Part shown: piece by piece, positions 8,496 to 18,719 of the stretch
Position numbering within the stretch: position 1 is the first letter of the stretch
Layout: each line of letters begins with the position of its first letter
The notes under the pieces: model-generated
Databases searched by the model: none
What the model saw: only the letters and a program-made list of their open reading frames with translations
What the model was told of the DNA's origin: nothing
Source: an uncultured Bacteroidales bacterium
GTDB lineage: Bacteria; Bacteroidota; Bacteroidia; Bacteroidales; UBA12077
Direction: 5' to 3'
Assembly (NCBI GenBank): GCA_964450375.1
Contig: CAYVEW010000005.1
Location: 1-62,802, forward strand
Length of the DNA: 62,802 nt
Translations under genes and position numbers: made by a program

Positions 8496-10322
8496 ATGTT
8501 AAGAAAGTTTGGAGGTATCATTCAGTATGTAATTCCCTATTGGTTAAAAGCTTTTTTTAGTATCGTTTTTAATTTAATTGCGGCATTGTTTTCTGTGGTA
8601 TCATTTACCATGGTTATTCCCTTTTTGGGAATTCTTTTTTCAACACAATCCTTTAATGAAGTTGCGGTTCCTTTTCAACTTAATGTAGATAGTTTTCAGC
8701 ATAACTTCAACTATTATTTGGGCCAGTTAACACAGCAAAAAGGAGAAATGGGAGCGCTTAGCTTTATTATTCTGGTAGTACTGGGTGCTACACTTTTAAA
8801 AAACGTATTTCTTTTTTTAGCTAAGTCACAAACAATAAAAATCCGCACACGCGTAGTTCGCGATATACGAAATAAATTACTTAATAAGGTGTTGGATTTT
8901 GATCTGAGTTATTTTTCCAACGAAAAACGGGGCGATATTGTATCGAAAATTATTGTAGATGTTCGGGAAATTGAAGCATCCATAATTAGTTCATTTGAGA
9001 TGATTTTTAAGGACCCTGTATTGATTGGTGTTTATTTGTATGTGCTTTTTATTATGAGCGCCAAATTAACACTGATTGTTATTCTAATTTTTCCCTTATC
9101 AGCATTTGTAATTGGGAGAATTGGCCGGAGTTTAAAGCAAACAACTCTGCGTGGGCAACGTAAAATGGGAGTGTTGATGGGTATGCTCGATGAAATTTTA
9201 TCAGGGATAAAAATTATTAAAGCATTTAGTGCAGAAAAATTGATTGAAACCAGGTTTCGTGAAAAAAACAATCTTCTTTCTTCGCTATTAAGTAAAACCT
9301 GGCATAAAAGATCACTTTCTATTCCTATAAGCGATATCATTGGTACCATTTCCATATTAGTTATTATGTTTTTTGGTGGTAAAATGGTACTTGGTGCCGA
9401 AAACTCCATGAGTTCAAAAGTATTTATCGGATACCTGGCTGTATTTACACAGGTTGTTGGCCCTGCTAAATCGTTTACCGGTGGGTATTATAATATTTTA
9501 AAAGGAATGGCTTCGGTGGATAGAATAAACTCCATTTTAGATCAGAAATTTAAGATTTTTGAAATAGCCGATGCATTAGAAATTAACGAATTAAAAGAAA
9601 AAATCGAATACAAAGATGTAAGCTTTCATTACGAAACCGAAAGCCGTCATGTATTAAAGAAAATCAACTTAAGCATAAAAAGGGGCGAAACAGTTGCCTT
9701 AGTGGGTCAATCCGGATCGGGAAAATCGACCATTGTGGATTTGCTGCCGCGTTTTTTTGATCCGATAAAAGGTGAAGTAATTATTGATGATATAAACATT
9801 AAAAGGTATAAAATAGATTCTTTGCGGAATTTATTTGGTTATGTTAGTCAGCAACCCGTGCTGTTTAACGACAGCCTTTATAATAATATTTTATTCGGAA
9901 ACCCAGATGCAACGTTGGAGCAGGTTGAAAATGCAGCCCGGCTGGCATTTGCACATGATTTTATTATGGAAAAGGAAAATGCTTACCAAACCAATATTGG
10001 CGAAGGCGGAGATAATTTATCCCTTGGTGAGAAACAGCGTATTAGCATAGCGCGGGCGATTCTAAAAAACCCACCCGTTTTAATTCTCGATGAGGCAACA
10101 TCGGCTCTGGATTATGAATCGGAGTTAATAGTGCAAAAGGCATTGCAGAATTTAATGAAAAACAGAACATCCATTGTAATCGCTCACCGATTATTTACCA
10201 TTAAAAACGCCGATAAAATAATCGTACTTGAGCAGGGAAAAATTATTGAGCAGGGAACACATGATGAGCTCGTTAAAAACAATGGAAAATATAAGAAACT
10301 TACCGAATTAGAATACCTGTAA
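8496..10322 (+). CDS. MsbA-like ABC exporter (TMD plus NBD)
   Basis: N-terminal TM helices, Walker A GQSGSGKST, Walker B ILDEATSALD and H-loop IAHRL; signature motif is the variant LSLGE. Confidence 0.93.
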   Translation: MLRKFGGIIQYVIPYWLKAFFSIVFNLIAALFSVVSFTMVIPFLGILFSTQSFNEVAVPFQLNVDSFQHNFNYYLGQLTQQKGEMGALSFIILVVLGATLLKNVFLFLAKSQTIKIRTRVVRDIRNKLLNKVLDFDLSYFSNEKRGDIVSKIIVDVREIEASIISSFEMIFKDPVLIGVYLYVLFIMSAKLTLIVILIFPLSAFVIGRIGRSLKQTTLRGQRKMGVLMGMLDEILSGIKIIKAFSAEKLIETRFREKNNLLSSLLSKTWHKRSLSIPISDIIGTISILVIMFFGGKMVLGAENSMSSKVFIGYLAVFTQVVGPAKSFTGGYYNILKGMASVDRINSILDQKFKIFEIADALEINELKEKIEYKDVSFHYETESRHVLKKINLSIKRGETVALVGQSGSGKSTIVDLLPRFFDPIKGEVIIDDINIKRYKIDSLRNLFGYVSQQPVLFNDSLYNNILFGNPDATLEQVENAARLAFAHDFIMEKENAYQTNIGEGGDNLSLGEKQRISIARAILKNPPVLILDEATSALDYESELIVQKALQNLMKNRTSIVIAHRLFTIKNADKIIVLEQGKIIEQGTHDELVKNNGKYKKLTELEYL

Positions 10323-10337
10323 TCAAAATCGTAAATT

Positions 10338-11387
10338 GTGTCGAAGAAAGTTGTAATTGGATTAAGTGGCGGATTAGACAGCACCATGGCTGCTTTTATA
10401 TTAAAGGAGCAGGGGTATGATGTAAGCGGATTACATTTTTCTTTTACCGACGAAAAATATCCCGATGAAATTGCCGACCTTTCGGATAAACTAAATATTC
10501 CGGTTGATACCATATATATAAAAGATGATTTTGAAATAGTAAAGCAGCATTTTGCGCAAGAATACCTTAAGGGCAGAACGCCAAGTCCCTGCACTTTCTG
10601 TAACCGGGTAATAAAATGGAAAAAGCTTCTGGATTATGCTGACCAAAATCAATGCGATTACATTGCAACAGGACATTACATCAGAAAAGAGCAGCAAAAC
10701 GGTTATCATTATCTTAAAAAGGGAGTCGATCCAATTAAGGATCAGTCTTATTTTTTATGGGAGCTTGATTCCAACGTGATTAAGCGTATGTTAAATCCCC
10801 TGGGTGATTTAACCAAGGATCAGGTGCGCGAGTTAGCCATAAAACATGGCTTTACTAATTTGGCCAGGAAAAAGGAGAGCATGGGTGTGTGTTTTCTTCA
10901 TCAAACAGATTATCGCGAGTTTTTAAAAAATTACATTCCAGATGAAATAAAGAAGATTCCAAAAGGAGTGGTGGTGGATCAAAATGGAAAACAAATTGGA
11001 ATACACAATGGATATATACATTATACTATAGGACAAAAAAGAGACTTGCATTTGATGGATAATCGAAAAGTATATGTTACAAATATCGATGCCACACAAA
11101 ATGTAATTACGGTTCATACGAAGGAATCGTTAAATCATCATCATATTCTTATACGAAACATTCAAATTTTAAATCCGCACGATATTGAAAAAGGTACCGA
11201 ATTACAGGTAAATATTCGAGGTTATGGATTAAATCCGGAGAATCCGGTAGTCGTATTGGAAAAGCAGTCAGATCATATTTTACTTAAGCTAACAAGTCCT
11301 GCCTGGGCTGTAGCTCCCGGGCAACCAGTTGTTTTTTACAGAAATGATCTGGTTTTGGGAGGTGGCATCGCTGAAAAAAGCTGGTGA
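10338..11387 (+). CDS. mnmA: tRNA 2-thiouridine(34) synthase
   Basis: [34 protein letters not shown] and PGQ motifs; GTG start. Confidence 0.95.
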   Translation: MSKKVVIGLSGGLDSTMAAFILKEQGYDVSGLHFSFTDEKYPDEIADLSDKLNIPVDTIYIKDDFEIVKQHFAQEYLKGRTPSPCTFCNRVIKWKKLLDYADQNQCDYIATGHYIRKEQQNGYHYLKKGVDPIKDQSYFLWELDSNVIKRMLNPLGDLTKDQVRELAIKHGFTNLARKKESMGVCFLHQTDYREFLKNYIPDEIKKIPKGVVVDQNGKQIGIHNGYIHYTIGQKRDLHLMDNRKVYVTNIDATQNVITVHTKESLNHHHILIRNIQILNPHDIEKGTELQVNIRGYGLNPENPVVVLEKQSDHILLKLTSPAWAVAPGQPVVFYRNDLVLGGGIAEKSW

Positions 11388-11407
11388 TGTTTAGAATAAA
11401 AGTGAAT

Positions 11408-11438
11408 AAAAAAAAGCAACCATTAACGGTTGCTTTTG
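11408..11438. terminator. Bidirectional terminator between mnmA and tRNA-Ser
   Basis: Hairpin aaaagcaacc-attaac-ggttgctttt with A and T tracts on both sides. Confidence 0.75.
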
Positions 11439-11444
11439 TGATTT

Positions 11445-11532
11445 TGGCGGAGAAAGAGGGATTCGAACCCCCGGTACCTTGCGGTACAACGGTTTTCAAG
11501 ACCGCCGCATTCGACCACTCTGCCATTTCTCC
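11445..11532 (-). tRNA. tRNA-Ser(TGA), CCA encoded
   Basis: Minus strand reads GGAGAAATGGCAGAGTGGTCGAATGCGGCGGTCTTGAAAACCG...GGTTCGAATCCCTCTTTCTCCGCCA: 88 nt, long variable arm, anticodon TGA. Confidence 0.98.
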
Positions 11533-11537
11533 GTCGG

Positions 11538-11568
11538 CAAAAGTATACTAATTTTTTATTTGTACAAA
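11538..11568 (-). promoter_or_regulatory. Bacteroidetes primary-sigma promoter of tRNA-Ser
   Basis: Minus strand TTTG (11568-11565), 19-nt spacer, TACTTTTG (11545-11538): matches the -33/-7 consensus. Confidence 0.75.
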
Positions 11569-11727
11569 GTTTTACAAAAAAAATAATTGAATAAATTAAT
11601 AATGTAGGTTTAACCTGCTGAATGTGTAATTTTTATACGTTTTTAAGCAAAAACAACCAATTTTATGTTCAATTATTAACATTTTTCCGTTTTTTATGAA
11701 TAATTCACTAATTTTTTTGCTATAACA

Positions 11728-11758
11728 TTTGCTAAGCTTGAGAAATAGTCTATATTTG
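11728..11758 (+). promoter_or_regulatory. Bacteroidetes primary-sigma promoter of HU
   Basis: TTTG (11728-11731), 19-nt spacer, TATATTTG (11751-11758). Confidence 0.7.
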
Positions 11759-11810
11759 TATGTAGAAGATTAAAAAAAAATAATTTTACTAACCCTAAAA
11801 ATTTTTTATT

Positions 11811-12083
11811 ATGAACAAAGCAGAATTAATTGATGCAATTGCTGGTGGAGCTAACTTAACAAAAGCTGATGCTAAAAAAGCTTTAGATGCTTTCATTAAA
11901 AGTACTACTGACTCATTAAAAAAAGGTGATAGAGTTGCTTTAGTTGGTTTTGGATCTTTCTCTGTAGCTAAGAGAAATGCTAGAACAGGAAGAAACCCAC
12001 AAACAGGTAAACCAATTACTATTAAAGCTAAAAATGTAGTTAAATTTAAAGCTGGTAGCGATTTAGCTGACTCTGTTCAATAA
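11811..12083 (+). CDS. hup: HU nucleoid-associated protein
   Basis: [11 protein letters not shown]...[19 protein letters not shown]; strongly A/T-ending codon usage. Confidence 0.98.
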   Translation: MNKAELIDAIAGGANLTKADAKKALDAFIKSTTDSLKKGDRVALVGFGSFSVAKRNARTGRNPQTGKPITIKAKNVVKFKAGSDLADSVQ

Positions 12084-12105
12084 AAACATTGTTAGAATAC
12101 CTATG

Positions 12106-12138
12106 GGGAGTGCACCAAATTGTTGTACTCCCTTTTTT
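12106..12138 (+). terminator. Intrinsic terminator after hup
   Basis: gggagtgca...tgtactccc stem followed by a T tract. Confidence 0.65.
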
Positions 12139-12161
12139 ATTTCATGCACTTACTTATTGGA

Positions 12162-12836
12162 ATGAAAGAATTAGTAGAATATCTGCAAGAATTTGTAACA
12201 GAAAGAAGAGCCCAATTATTCAATAGCATAATAGAAAATCGAACCCGATACATTACCATTGTATTGGAGGATATTTACCAGTCGCAAAATGCAAGTGCCG
12301 TACTACGAACATCCGATTGTTTTGGAATTCAGGATGTACACATCATCGAAAACAACAATAAGTACAATATAAATCCGGATGTAGTTCTGGGGGCTTCGCA
12401 ATGGCTCAATCTCTTTAAGTACAATCAAACCCAAAACAATACCTTAGATGCTATCGCAAACCTGAGGAAACAAGGGTATCGCATTGTGGCAACTACTCCC
12501 CATACAGAGGATACTGATCTTCCTGATTTTGATTTAAATAGAGGAAAGGTAGCACTTTTTTTTGGTGCCGAACAGCATGGCTTGTCGGATTTAATGATAG
12601 ATAATGCCGATGAATATCTGAAAATTCCTATGTACGGTTTTACAGAAAGTTTCAATATTTCAGTATCGGCTGCAATAATAATACATGCTTTACGCGAAAA
12701 ATTAAATCATTCAGATATTAACTGGCAATTATCTGAACAGGAGAAATTAGAAATAAAACTGGAATGGCTAAAACTAACAATCAAAAGCTCAGATATGCTC
12801 ATAAAAAAGTTTTTATCTAATAAAAAGAACTTTTAA
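12162..12836 (+). CDS. TrmH/SpoU family RNA methyltransferase
   Basis: VLEDIYQSQNASAVLRTSDCFG, FFGAEQHGLS and IPMYGFTESFNISVSAA (SPOUT) motifs. Start moved to ATG 12162. Confidence 0.92.
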   Translation: MKELVEYLQEFVTERRAQLFNSIIENRTRYITIVLEDIYQSQNASAVLRTSDCFGIQDVHIIENNNKYNINPDVVLGASQWLNLFKYNQTQNNTLDAIANLRKQGYRIVATTPHTEDTDLPDFDLNRGKVALFFGAEQHGLSDLMIDNADEYLKIPMYGFTESFNISVSAAIIIHALREKLNHSDINWQLSEQEKLEIKLEWLKLTIKSSDMLIKKFLSNKKNF

Positions 12837-12932
12837 TCATTAAATTTCGTATATTAATGTAAATTTTTTCTTTAATTACTGCTCTATTCTGTTTATTATT
12901 TTCTATTTTTATGACATTAAGTATATGCTAAT

Positions 12933-13637
12933 ATGAATTGTATCGTAATTGATGATGACGCCCTTTCCAGAAGAGTAATAGAAGAGTTTATTACTCGTAC
13001 CGATTTTCTTGAACTGAAATACTCATTTCAAACAGCGGTTGACTCTATAAATGTAATTAATCAGGAACAAGATAATATTGACCTGATTTTTTTAGATATA
13101 GAAATGCCTGAAATGGATGGAATAGACTTTTTAAATACTTTAAAAAACCTACCACAGGTTATTATTGTATCATCCAAAGAAAAATATGCGCTGGAAGCTT
13201 TCGATTACGATGTAACAGATTATTTGCTTAAACCGGTTAATTATGGAAGGTTTTATAAGGCCGCACTAAAAGCAAAAAATATACAGGAATCAAGAAATAA
13301 ACAAACGGTTGATGAGATTTTTATTAAGAAAAATTCAGCCCTTGTTCGTCTAAAATACGAAGATATTTTATGGGTGGAAGCATTAGAAAATTATGTAATA
13401 TTAAATGCTTTTAACGAAAAGTTCACCATTCACTTTACAATGAAATCCATTGAAAACCAGCTGCCTGTAAAGCAGTTTAAGCGGGTGCACCGATCATATA
13501 TTGTGAATGTTAGAAAAATTGACAGAATAGAAGATAACTCAGTATACATAAAGCATAACGAAGGATTAAAGGGGATACCCATTGGCAAAGCATATAAAGA
13601 TAAATTTATGAATGATATAAATCTAATGGGTAAATAA
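12933..13637 (+). CDS. LytTR family response regulator
   Basis: Receiver (VIDDD, FLDIEMP, YLLKP) plus LytTR domain (FKRVHRSYIVN, IPIGKAYK). Confidence 0.95.
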   Translation: MNCIVIDDDALSRRVIEEFITRTDFLELKYSFQTAVDSINVINQEQDNIDLIFLDIEMPEMDGIDFLNTLKNLPQVIIVSSKEKYALEAFDYDVTDYLLKPVNYGRFYKAALKAKNIQESRNKQTVDEIFIKKNSALVRLKYEDILWVEALENYVILNAFNEKFTIHFTMKSIENQLPVKQFKRVHRSYIVNVRKIDRIEDNSVYIKHNEGLKGIPIGKAYKDKFMNDINLMGK

Positions 13638-13706
13638 GTGATTCGTTTTTTATAGTTTTGTAAATTGGGTTTTAACCCAATTTTTTTTGTTTAAAAAGTA
13701 CGATTT

Positions 13707-14897
13707 ATGATTTCGCAACGACAACTTTTTTTAGATCACGTAGGACAAACATCAGACTTTCCTCTTCAGCTCGAAATAGAAAGGGGACATGGAATATATA
13801 TGTATGACACATCCGGAAAGTCATATATTGATTTAATCTCGGGAGTTTCTGTAAGTAATGTCGGGCATACGCATCCAAAAGTAGTTCAGGCTGTTAAAGA
13901 TCAAGCCGAAAAATACATGCATCTTATGGTGTATGGAGAATATATTCAATCGCCACAAGTAAATTTTGCTCAGAAAATCAGTAGTTTATTACCCGAAAAA
14001 TTAGAATCAACCTATTTTGTTAATTCAGGAAGTGAAGCCATTGAAGGAGCTTTAAAACTAGCCAAACGATATACCGGGCGAACAGAAATAATAGCTTATC
14101 GTAATGCTTACCATGGGAGTACTCATGGGGCTTTAAGCGTGATGGGAAATGAAGAATTTAAAAATGCTTTCAGGCCACTTTTACCGGATGTCAAGCACAT
14201 TCGTTTTAATGATGAAGAAGATTTAAACCACATATCTGAAAAAACAGCATGTGTTCTAATAGAGCCAGTTCAGGGAGAAGCCGGAATACGATTACCCGAA
14301 AATGATTACCTAAAGAAGTTAAGAAAGAAATGCGACGAAACAGGTACTTTATTAATTTTTGATGAAATTCAAACAGGTTTTGGACGAACAGGAAGCTTAT
14401 TTGCTTTAAATGAGTTTGATGTGACTCCCGATATTATGACCATCGCAAAAGGAATGGGCGGCGGAATGCCAATTGGGGCATTTATTTCTTCGAATGAAAT
14501 TATGTCTTGTTTAAAAACAAACCCGATTTTGGGACATATAACCACTTTTGGCGGACATCCGGTTTCGTGTGCTGCTGCATGTGCGTCATTAGATGTATTG
14601 TTAAACGAAAATTTAATAGCTGAAGTAAAACGAAAGGGACAAGTGTTTAAACAATATCTTAATCATAAAGCCATAAAGGAAATAAGGGGAGTTGGATTAT
14701 TTATGGCTGTTGAGCTGGAAGATTTTAACCAGGTGAAAACAGTTATTGATCAGGCAATTGAATATGGGCTTGTAACCGACTGGTTTTTATTTCACGATAG
14801 TGCTTTTCGTATTGCGCCACCACTTATAATAACTGATGAGCAGATAAAAGAAGCATGTGATATTTTAAACAAGTCAATCGAGAAATCATTAAAATAA
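13707..14897 (+). CDS. Class III PLP aminotransferase (acetylornithine aminotransferase-like)
   Basis: NSGSEAIEGALK, AYHGSTHG, EPVQGEAG, FDEIQTGFGRTG, AKGMGGG and HITTFGGHP motifs. Confidence 0.93.
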   Translation: MISQRQLFLDHVGQTSDFPLQLEIERGHGIYMYDTSGKSYIDLISGVSVSNVGHTHPKVVQAVKDQAEKYMHLMVYGEYIQSPQVNFAQKISSLLPEKLESTYFVNSGSEAIEGALKLAKRYTGRTEIIAYRNAYHGSTHGALSVMGNEEFKNAFRPLLPDVKHIRFNDEEDLNHISEKTACVLIEPVQGEAGIRLPENDYLKKLRKKCDETGTLLIFDEIQTGFGRTGSLFALNEFDVTPDIMTIAKGMGGGMPIGAFISSNEIMSCLKTNPILGHITTFGGHPVSCAAACASLDVLLNENLIAEVKRKGQVFKQYLNHKAIKEIRGVGLFMAVELEDFNQVKTVIDQAIEYGLVTDWFLFHDSAFRIAPPLIITDEQIKEACDILNKSIEKSLK

Positions 14898-14925
14898 TTT
14901 TTTAAAAAGTGAGTTTATAATACAT

Positions 14926-15786
14926 ATGATTTTGAAAATAAAATATCCGATGATGGTCATACTGATGCTTATTCTTATGATAAGTAGAATGACATCAACT
15001 GCTTCGAATGATAAACCAATGGAATTAAAATCGTACGAAGATAGTTTAAAATACTATTTTTCTCAACTGGCAGCAGAACGGAACGATTTGGCGAAGGAAA
15101 ATATCAATGCCAAACTTATCGCCTATTTTACGATTGCTTTAAATACTGACAACTCATTTGATTATAATTTTGATTCGTTAAAAAATGTCGGCATTATTAA
15201 ATCGCCCGACGAAAAACTGCGTATTATAACATGGAATTTGCCATACAACGATCGTACACATAAGTATTTTGGGTTTATACAATACAAAAAGTCGCGTCGC
15301 GAAACCTTAACCTTTCAGTTGAATGATGAATCGGATTTCATCGAAAAACCTGAGTTTGCAGTTTTAGACCATAACAAATGGTACGGTGCCTTGTATTATC
15401 AGATCATCGATAATAAATATCGTGGCACAACTTATTATACATTGCTGGGGATTGATCTACATGATATATTAACCAAGAAGAAAATAATTGAAGTTTTATA
15501 TTTTGATTCCAACGATCAACCTGTATTTGGCAAGACCGTTTTTAAAAACGTTCGCGAATCGGTTACGCGGGTTATTTTCGAATACAGCGCGCAGGCAGAT
15601 ATGGCATTAACATACGATGAAGAAAAAGAAATGATAATTTATGATCATTTATCTCCGCACAGGCCAAGTCTTAAGGGACAATACGAGTTTTACGGTCCTG
15701 ACTTTTCGTACGATGGATTAAAATTCGAACGTGGAATATGGAATTTTTACCCCGATCTGGATGTCAGGAATTATTCTATTGAATAA
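14926..15786 (+). CDS. Conserved Bacteroidetes exported hypothetical protein
   Basis: Signal-peptide-like N-terminus; WYGALYY and YDHLSP...YGPDFSYDG pattern; long ORF with normal composition. Confidence 0.75.
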   Translation: MILKIKYPMMVILMLILMISRMTSTASNDKPMELKSYEDSLKYYFSQLAAERNDLAKENINAKLIAYFTIALNTDNSFDYNFDSLKNVGIIKSPDEKLRIITWNLPYNDRTHKYFGFIQYKKSRRETLTFQLNDESDFIEKPEFAVLDHNKWYGALYYQIIDNKYRGTTYYTLLGIDLHDILTKKKIIEVLYFDSNDQPVFGKTVFKNVRESVTRVIFEYSAQADMALTYDEEKEMIIYDHLSPHRPSLKGQYEFYGPDFSYDGLKFERGIWNFYPDLDVRNYSIE

Positions 15787-15863
15787 ACAACAAAGATGAT
15801 TTTCGTTTCTTACTTGATTTATTATTAGATTAATACTAAATTTAAGAAACATTTTTTACAGCC

Positions 15864-16403
15864 TTGCGATTACAAAAACAACATACACTCGTTTATTTCA
15901 TCGATAATGATGATTCATATATCCGTGATATTCTTTCTACTTTCGAAGAAGTGAATGAATTCAATATAAAGATATTTTCCCGAAGTAAAGATTTCTTTGA
16001 AGAGTTTGAGCAAATGGAGTTTAATAAAAGGAAGATTATTATTGTTTTTGTTTCTACCGAGTTGGAATACGATGAAGAAAATAACCAGGTAAATCCTTTA
16101 ACCGTATTAAGAAAAATTAAACAGCTGGATCCTAACGCAGAAGTTATTTTATATTCCGATGATGATAATATCAATATTGTTTCGTCGGCATTCCACTATG
16201 GAGTGTATACATTTATTAAAAAGAATGAGAATATCGTTTTACGAATCGAGAATAATATCAAAGGAATAATCAGTCAAAAGAACTTTTTATTAAAGCGCGA
16301 AGCCAGCAGGCGAATTACACTTGTTTTTTTGCTATTTATTGCATTAACTGCTGTCAGTTTACTTATTCTGTATTTTTTATTTCCACACTGGTTTTTATCC
16401 TAA
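15864..16403 (+). CDS. Atypical receiver-like domain with C-terminal TM helix
   Basis: REC-like pattern (YFIDNDD, LRKIKQLDPNAEVILYS, YTFIKK) lacking the phosphoacceptor Asp (IVFVSTE); ends in a hydrophobic helix. TTG start is uncertain. Confidence 0.65.
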   Translation: MRLQKQHTLVYFIDNDDSYIRDILSTFEEVNEFNIKIFSRSKDFFEEFEQMEFNKRKIIIVFVSTELEYDEENNQVNPLTVLRKIKQLDPNAEVILYSDDDNINIVSSAFHYGVYTFIKKNENIVLRIENNIKGIISQKNFLLKREASRRITLVFLLFIALTAVSLLILYFLFPHWFLS

Positions 16404-16582
16404 AAAAAGTATTTTTAACTGTTATTTTTTCATAAAAATCCACGCGAAGTATTTTTATTATGCCTAATTGACAGTTTTTTGTTTGTGGCATATATATTGA
16501 CCCAATGCACTTGTTAAAATTGATGTTGAACCCGTCTGTTGTTCCAATAACTATCGGGATGCAGGCAAAAAAAAATATAACA

Positions 16583-18631
16583 ATGCAAAAAGGTAAAATA
16601 GGTGTTACTACCGAAAACATCTTTCCGATTATCAAAAAGTTTTTATACTCAGACCACGAAATCTTTCTTCGTGAGTTGGTTTCCAATGCCATAGACGCAT
16701 CGCAAAAAATGAAAAAGCTTGCATCTTTGGGTGAGTTTAAAGGTGAGCTTGGTGACCTAAAAGTAAAGATTTCTTTAGATGAAAAGAAAAAGAAATTGAC
16801 AGTGAGTGATCGAGGTATTGGTATGACCGAAGAGGAAATTGATAAGTACATTAACCAGATTGCTTTTTCGAGTGCCGAAGAGTTTCTTAATAAATTTAAA
16901 GATCAAACTGCCATTATTGGAAAATTCGGACTCGGTTTTTATTCGGCTTTTATGGTTTCTAAAAAAGTAGAAATCATTACAAAATCATATAAAGAAGGTG
17001 CAAAAGCTATAAAATGGTCGTGCGATGGAAGTCCGGAATATACTATTGAAGAAGTAGAAAAAGAAGATCGTGGAACTGATATTATCCTGTATATTGATGA
17101 TGAATCGAAGGAATTTGCCGAAGAAAAAAGAATTAACGAATTACTAAATAAATACTGTCGGTTCCTGCCTTTTGAAATTTCTTTTGGTAAAGAAAAAGAC
17201 TGGAAAGATGGCAAGGAAATAGAAACCGATAAGGATCATATTATTAATGATACAAATCCAATTTGGACAAAAACTCCTGGTGATTTAAAAGAAGAGGATT
17301 ATAAAGAATTTTATCAAAAGCTTTATCCTTTTACCGATGAGCCTTTATTTCATATACATTTAAATGTTGATTATCCGTTCAATTTAACCGGGGTATTGTA
17401 TTTTCCAAAGATCAAGAATAATATAGAGATTCAAAAAAATAAAATTCAGCTGTATGCAAATCAGGTTTTTGTAACCGATTCGGTTGAAGGAATTGTTCCC
17501 GAATTTTTAACCTTGTTGCATGGCGTGCTCGATTCTCCGGATATTCCCCTAAATGTTTCGCGTAGTTATTTGCAAAGTGATTCGAATGTAAAAAAGATTT
17601 CAAATCATATTACCAAAAAAGTGGGCGACCGTTTGGAAGAAATCTTTAAAAACGATCGGGAGCAATTCGAGAAAAAATGGGACGATTTAAAGGTGTTTAT
17701 TGAATATGGAATGCTTACCGAAGAAAAATTCTACGACAAAGCATCGAAGTTCGTTTTATTTAAAAATGCCGATGGTAAATATTTTACACTCGAAGAATAC
17801 GAAAAGCTAATTAAAGAAAACCAAACAGATAAGGATAAAAACCTGATTTATCTGTATGCAACCGATAAAGATAAGCAGTTTACATTTATTGAAAATGCCA
17901 AAGCAAAGGGCTACGATGTGTTAATTATGGATGGCCAGTTAGATACGCACTTCATAAATCATATTGAGCAAAAAATGACTAATGCCAGGTTCTTACGGGT
18001 AGATTCGGATGTGATAGATAAATTAATTAATAAAGAAGATAGAGAAGAATCGAAACTGTCTGATGAAGAAAAACAACAGCTTACACATATGTTTGAAAGC
18101 CAGTTGCCAAAAGGGGCAAGTTATTCTGTTGTATTCGAAAACTTAAAAGAAACAGATGATCCGATTCTTATTACCCAATCGGAATTTATGCGCCGAATGA
18201 AAGATATGGCTGCAATGGGTGGCGGAGGAATGAATTTTTATGGCGAATTGCCAGACAGCTATAACCTGGTAATTAATTCAAATCATCGTTTGGTGGAAAA
18301 AATTGTTGAGCAGAAAGAGAAGAAAGTAGGAACCAAGGTTTCTAAACTTAACGAAGAGTTGAAACCATACATCGAAGAAAAGAATAACCTTGAAAAAGCT
18401 AAAGAAGGTAAAAAAGAAGAAGAAATACCACAAGCCGATAAAGATAATTTAGCTGATATCGAAAAGAAAATCGATGAACTAAGTACGAATAAAAAAGATA
18501 TTCTTTCGAAGTACGGCTCTGAAAATAAATATGTAAAGCAGTTGATTGACTTAGCTTTGCTGGCAAATAATATGCTTAAAGGCGAAGACTTAACCCGCTT
18601 CGTAAAACGTAGTGTAGATTTAATTAAATAA
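16583..18631 (+). CDS. htpG: Hsp90 chaperone
   Basis: IFLRELVSNAIDA, DRGIGMT, GKFGLGFYSAF and PLNVSRSYLQ motifs. Start moved to ATG 16583 (MQKGKIGV). Confidence 0.98.
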   Translation: MQKGKIGVTTENIFPIIKKFLYSDHEIFLRELVSNAIDASQKMKKLASLGEFKGELGDLKVKISLDEKKKKLTVSDRGIGMTEEEIDKYINQIAFSSAEEFLNKFKDQTAIIGKFGLGFYSAFMVSKKVEIITKSYKEGAKAIKWSCDGSPEYTIEEVEKEDRGTDIILYIDDESKEFAEEKRINELLNKYCRFLPFEISFGKEKDWKDGKEIETDKDHIINDTNPIWTKTPGDLKEEDYKEFYQKLYPFTDEPLFHIHLNVDYPFNLTGVLYFPKIKNNIEIQKNKIQLYANQVFVTDSVEGIVPEFLTLLHGVLDSPDIPLNVSRSYLQSDSNVKKISNHITKKVGDRLEEIFKNDREQFEKKWDDLKVFIEYGMLTEEKFYDKASKFVLFKNADGKYFTLEEYEKLIKENQTDKDKNLIYLYATDKDKQFTFIENAKAKGYDVLIMDGQLDTHFINHIEQKMTNARFLRVDSDVIDKLINKEDREESKLSDEEKQQLTHMFESQLPKGASYSVVFENLKETDDPILITQSEFMRRMKDMAAMGGGGMNFYGELPDSYNLVINSNHRLVEKIVEQKEKKVGTKVSKLNEELKPYIEEKNNLEKAKEGKKEEEIPQADKDNLADIEKKIDELSTNKKDILSKYGSENKYVKQLIDLALLANNMLKGEDLTRFVKRSVDLIK

Positions 18632-18646
18632 GCATTTAATTCTAAT

Positions 18647-18680
18647 AAAAAGCCTGTTGTATGTTCAACAGGCTTTTTTT
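18647..18680 (+). terminator. Intrinsic terminator after htpG
   Basis: aaaaagcctgttg-tatgtt-caacaggcttttttt. Confidence 0.85.
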
Positions 18681-18719
18681 ATAATATTTTTTTAGTAATT
18701 TAGATTTAAATTTGAAAAA

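Noticed and set aside
11284-11526. 80-aa minus-strand ORF
   Set aside because: It is a translation of the tRNA-Ser gene plus the antisense strand of mnmA.
11388-11810. tRNA-Ser as an integration site for a genomic island
   Set aside because: Flanks are core genes (mnmA, hup); I saw no integrase and no duplicated tRNA 3' end.
16505-16582. N-terminal extension of HtpG, and similar extensions on the exonuclease, NfeD, MqnA, TrmH, FecR and 59083 ORFs
   Set aside because: Family N-termini and promoter positions favour the downstream ATGs.
18300-18540. Charged coiled-coil insertion near the HtpG C-terminus
   Set aside because: As I recall it is a normal feature of Bacteroidales HtpG, not specific to this window.
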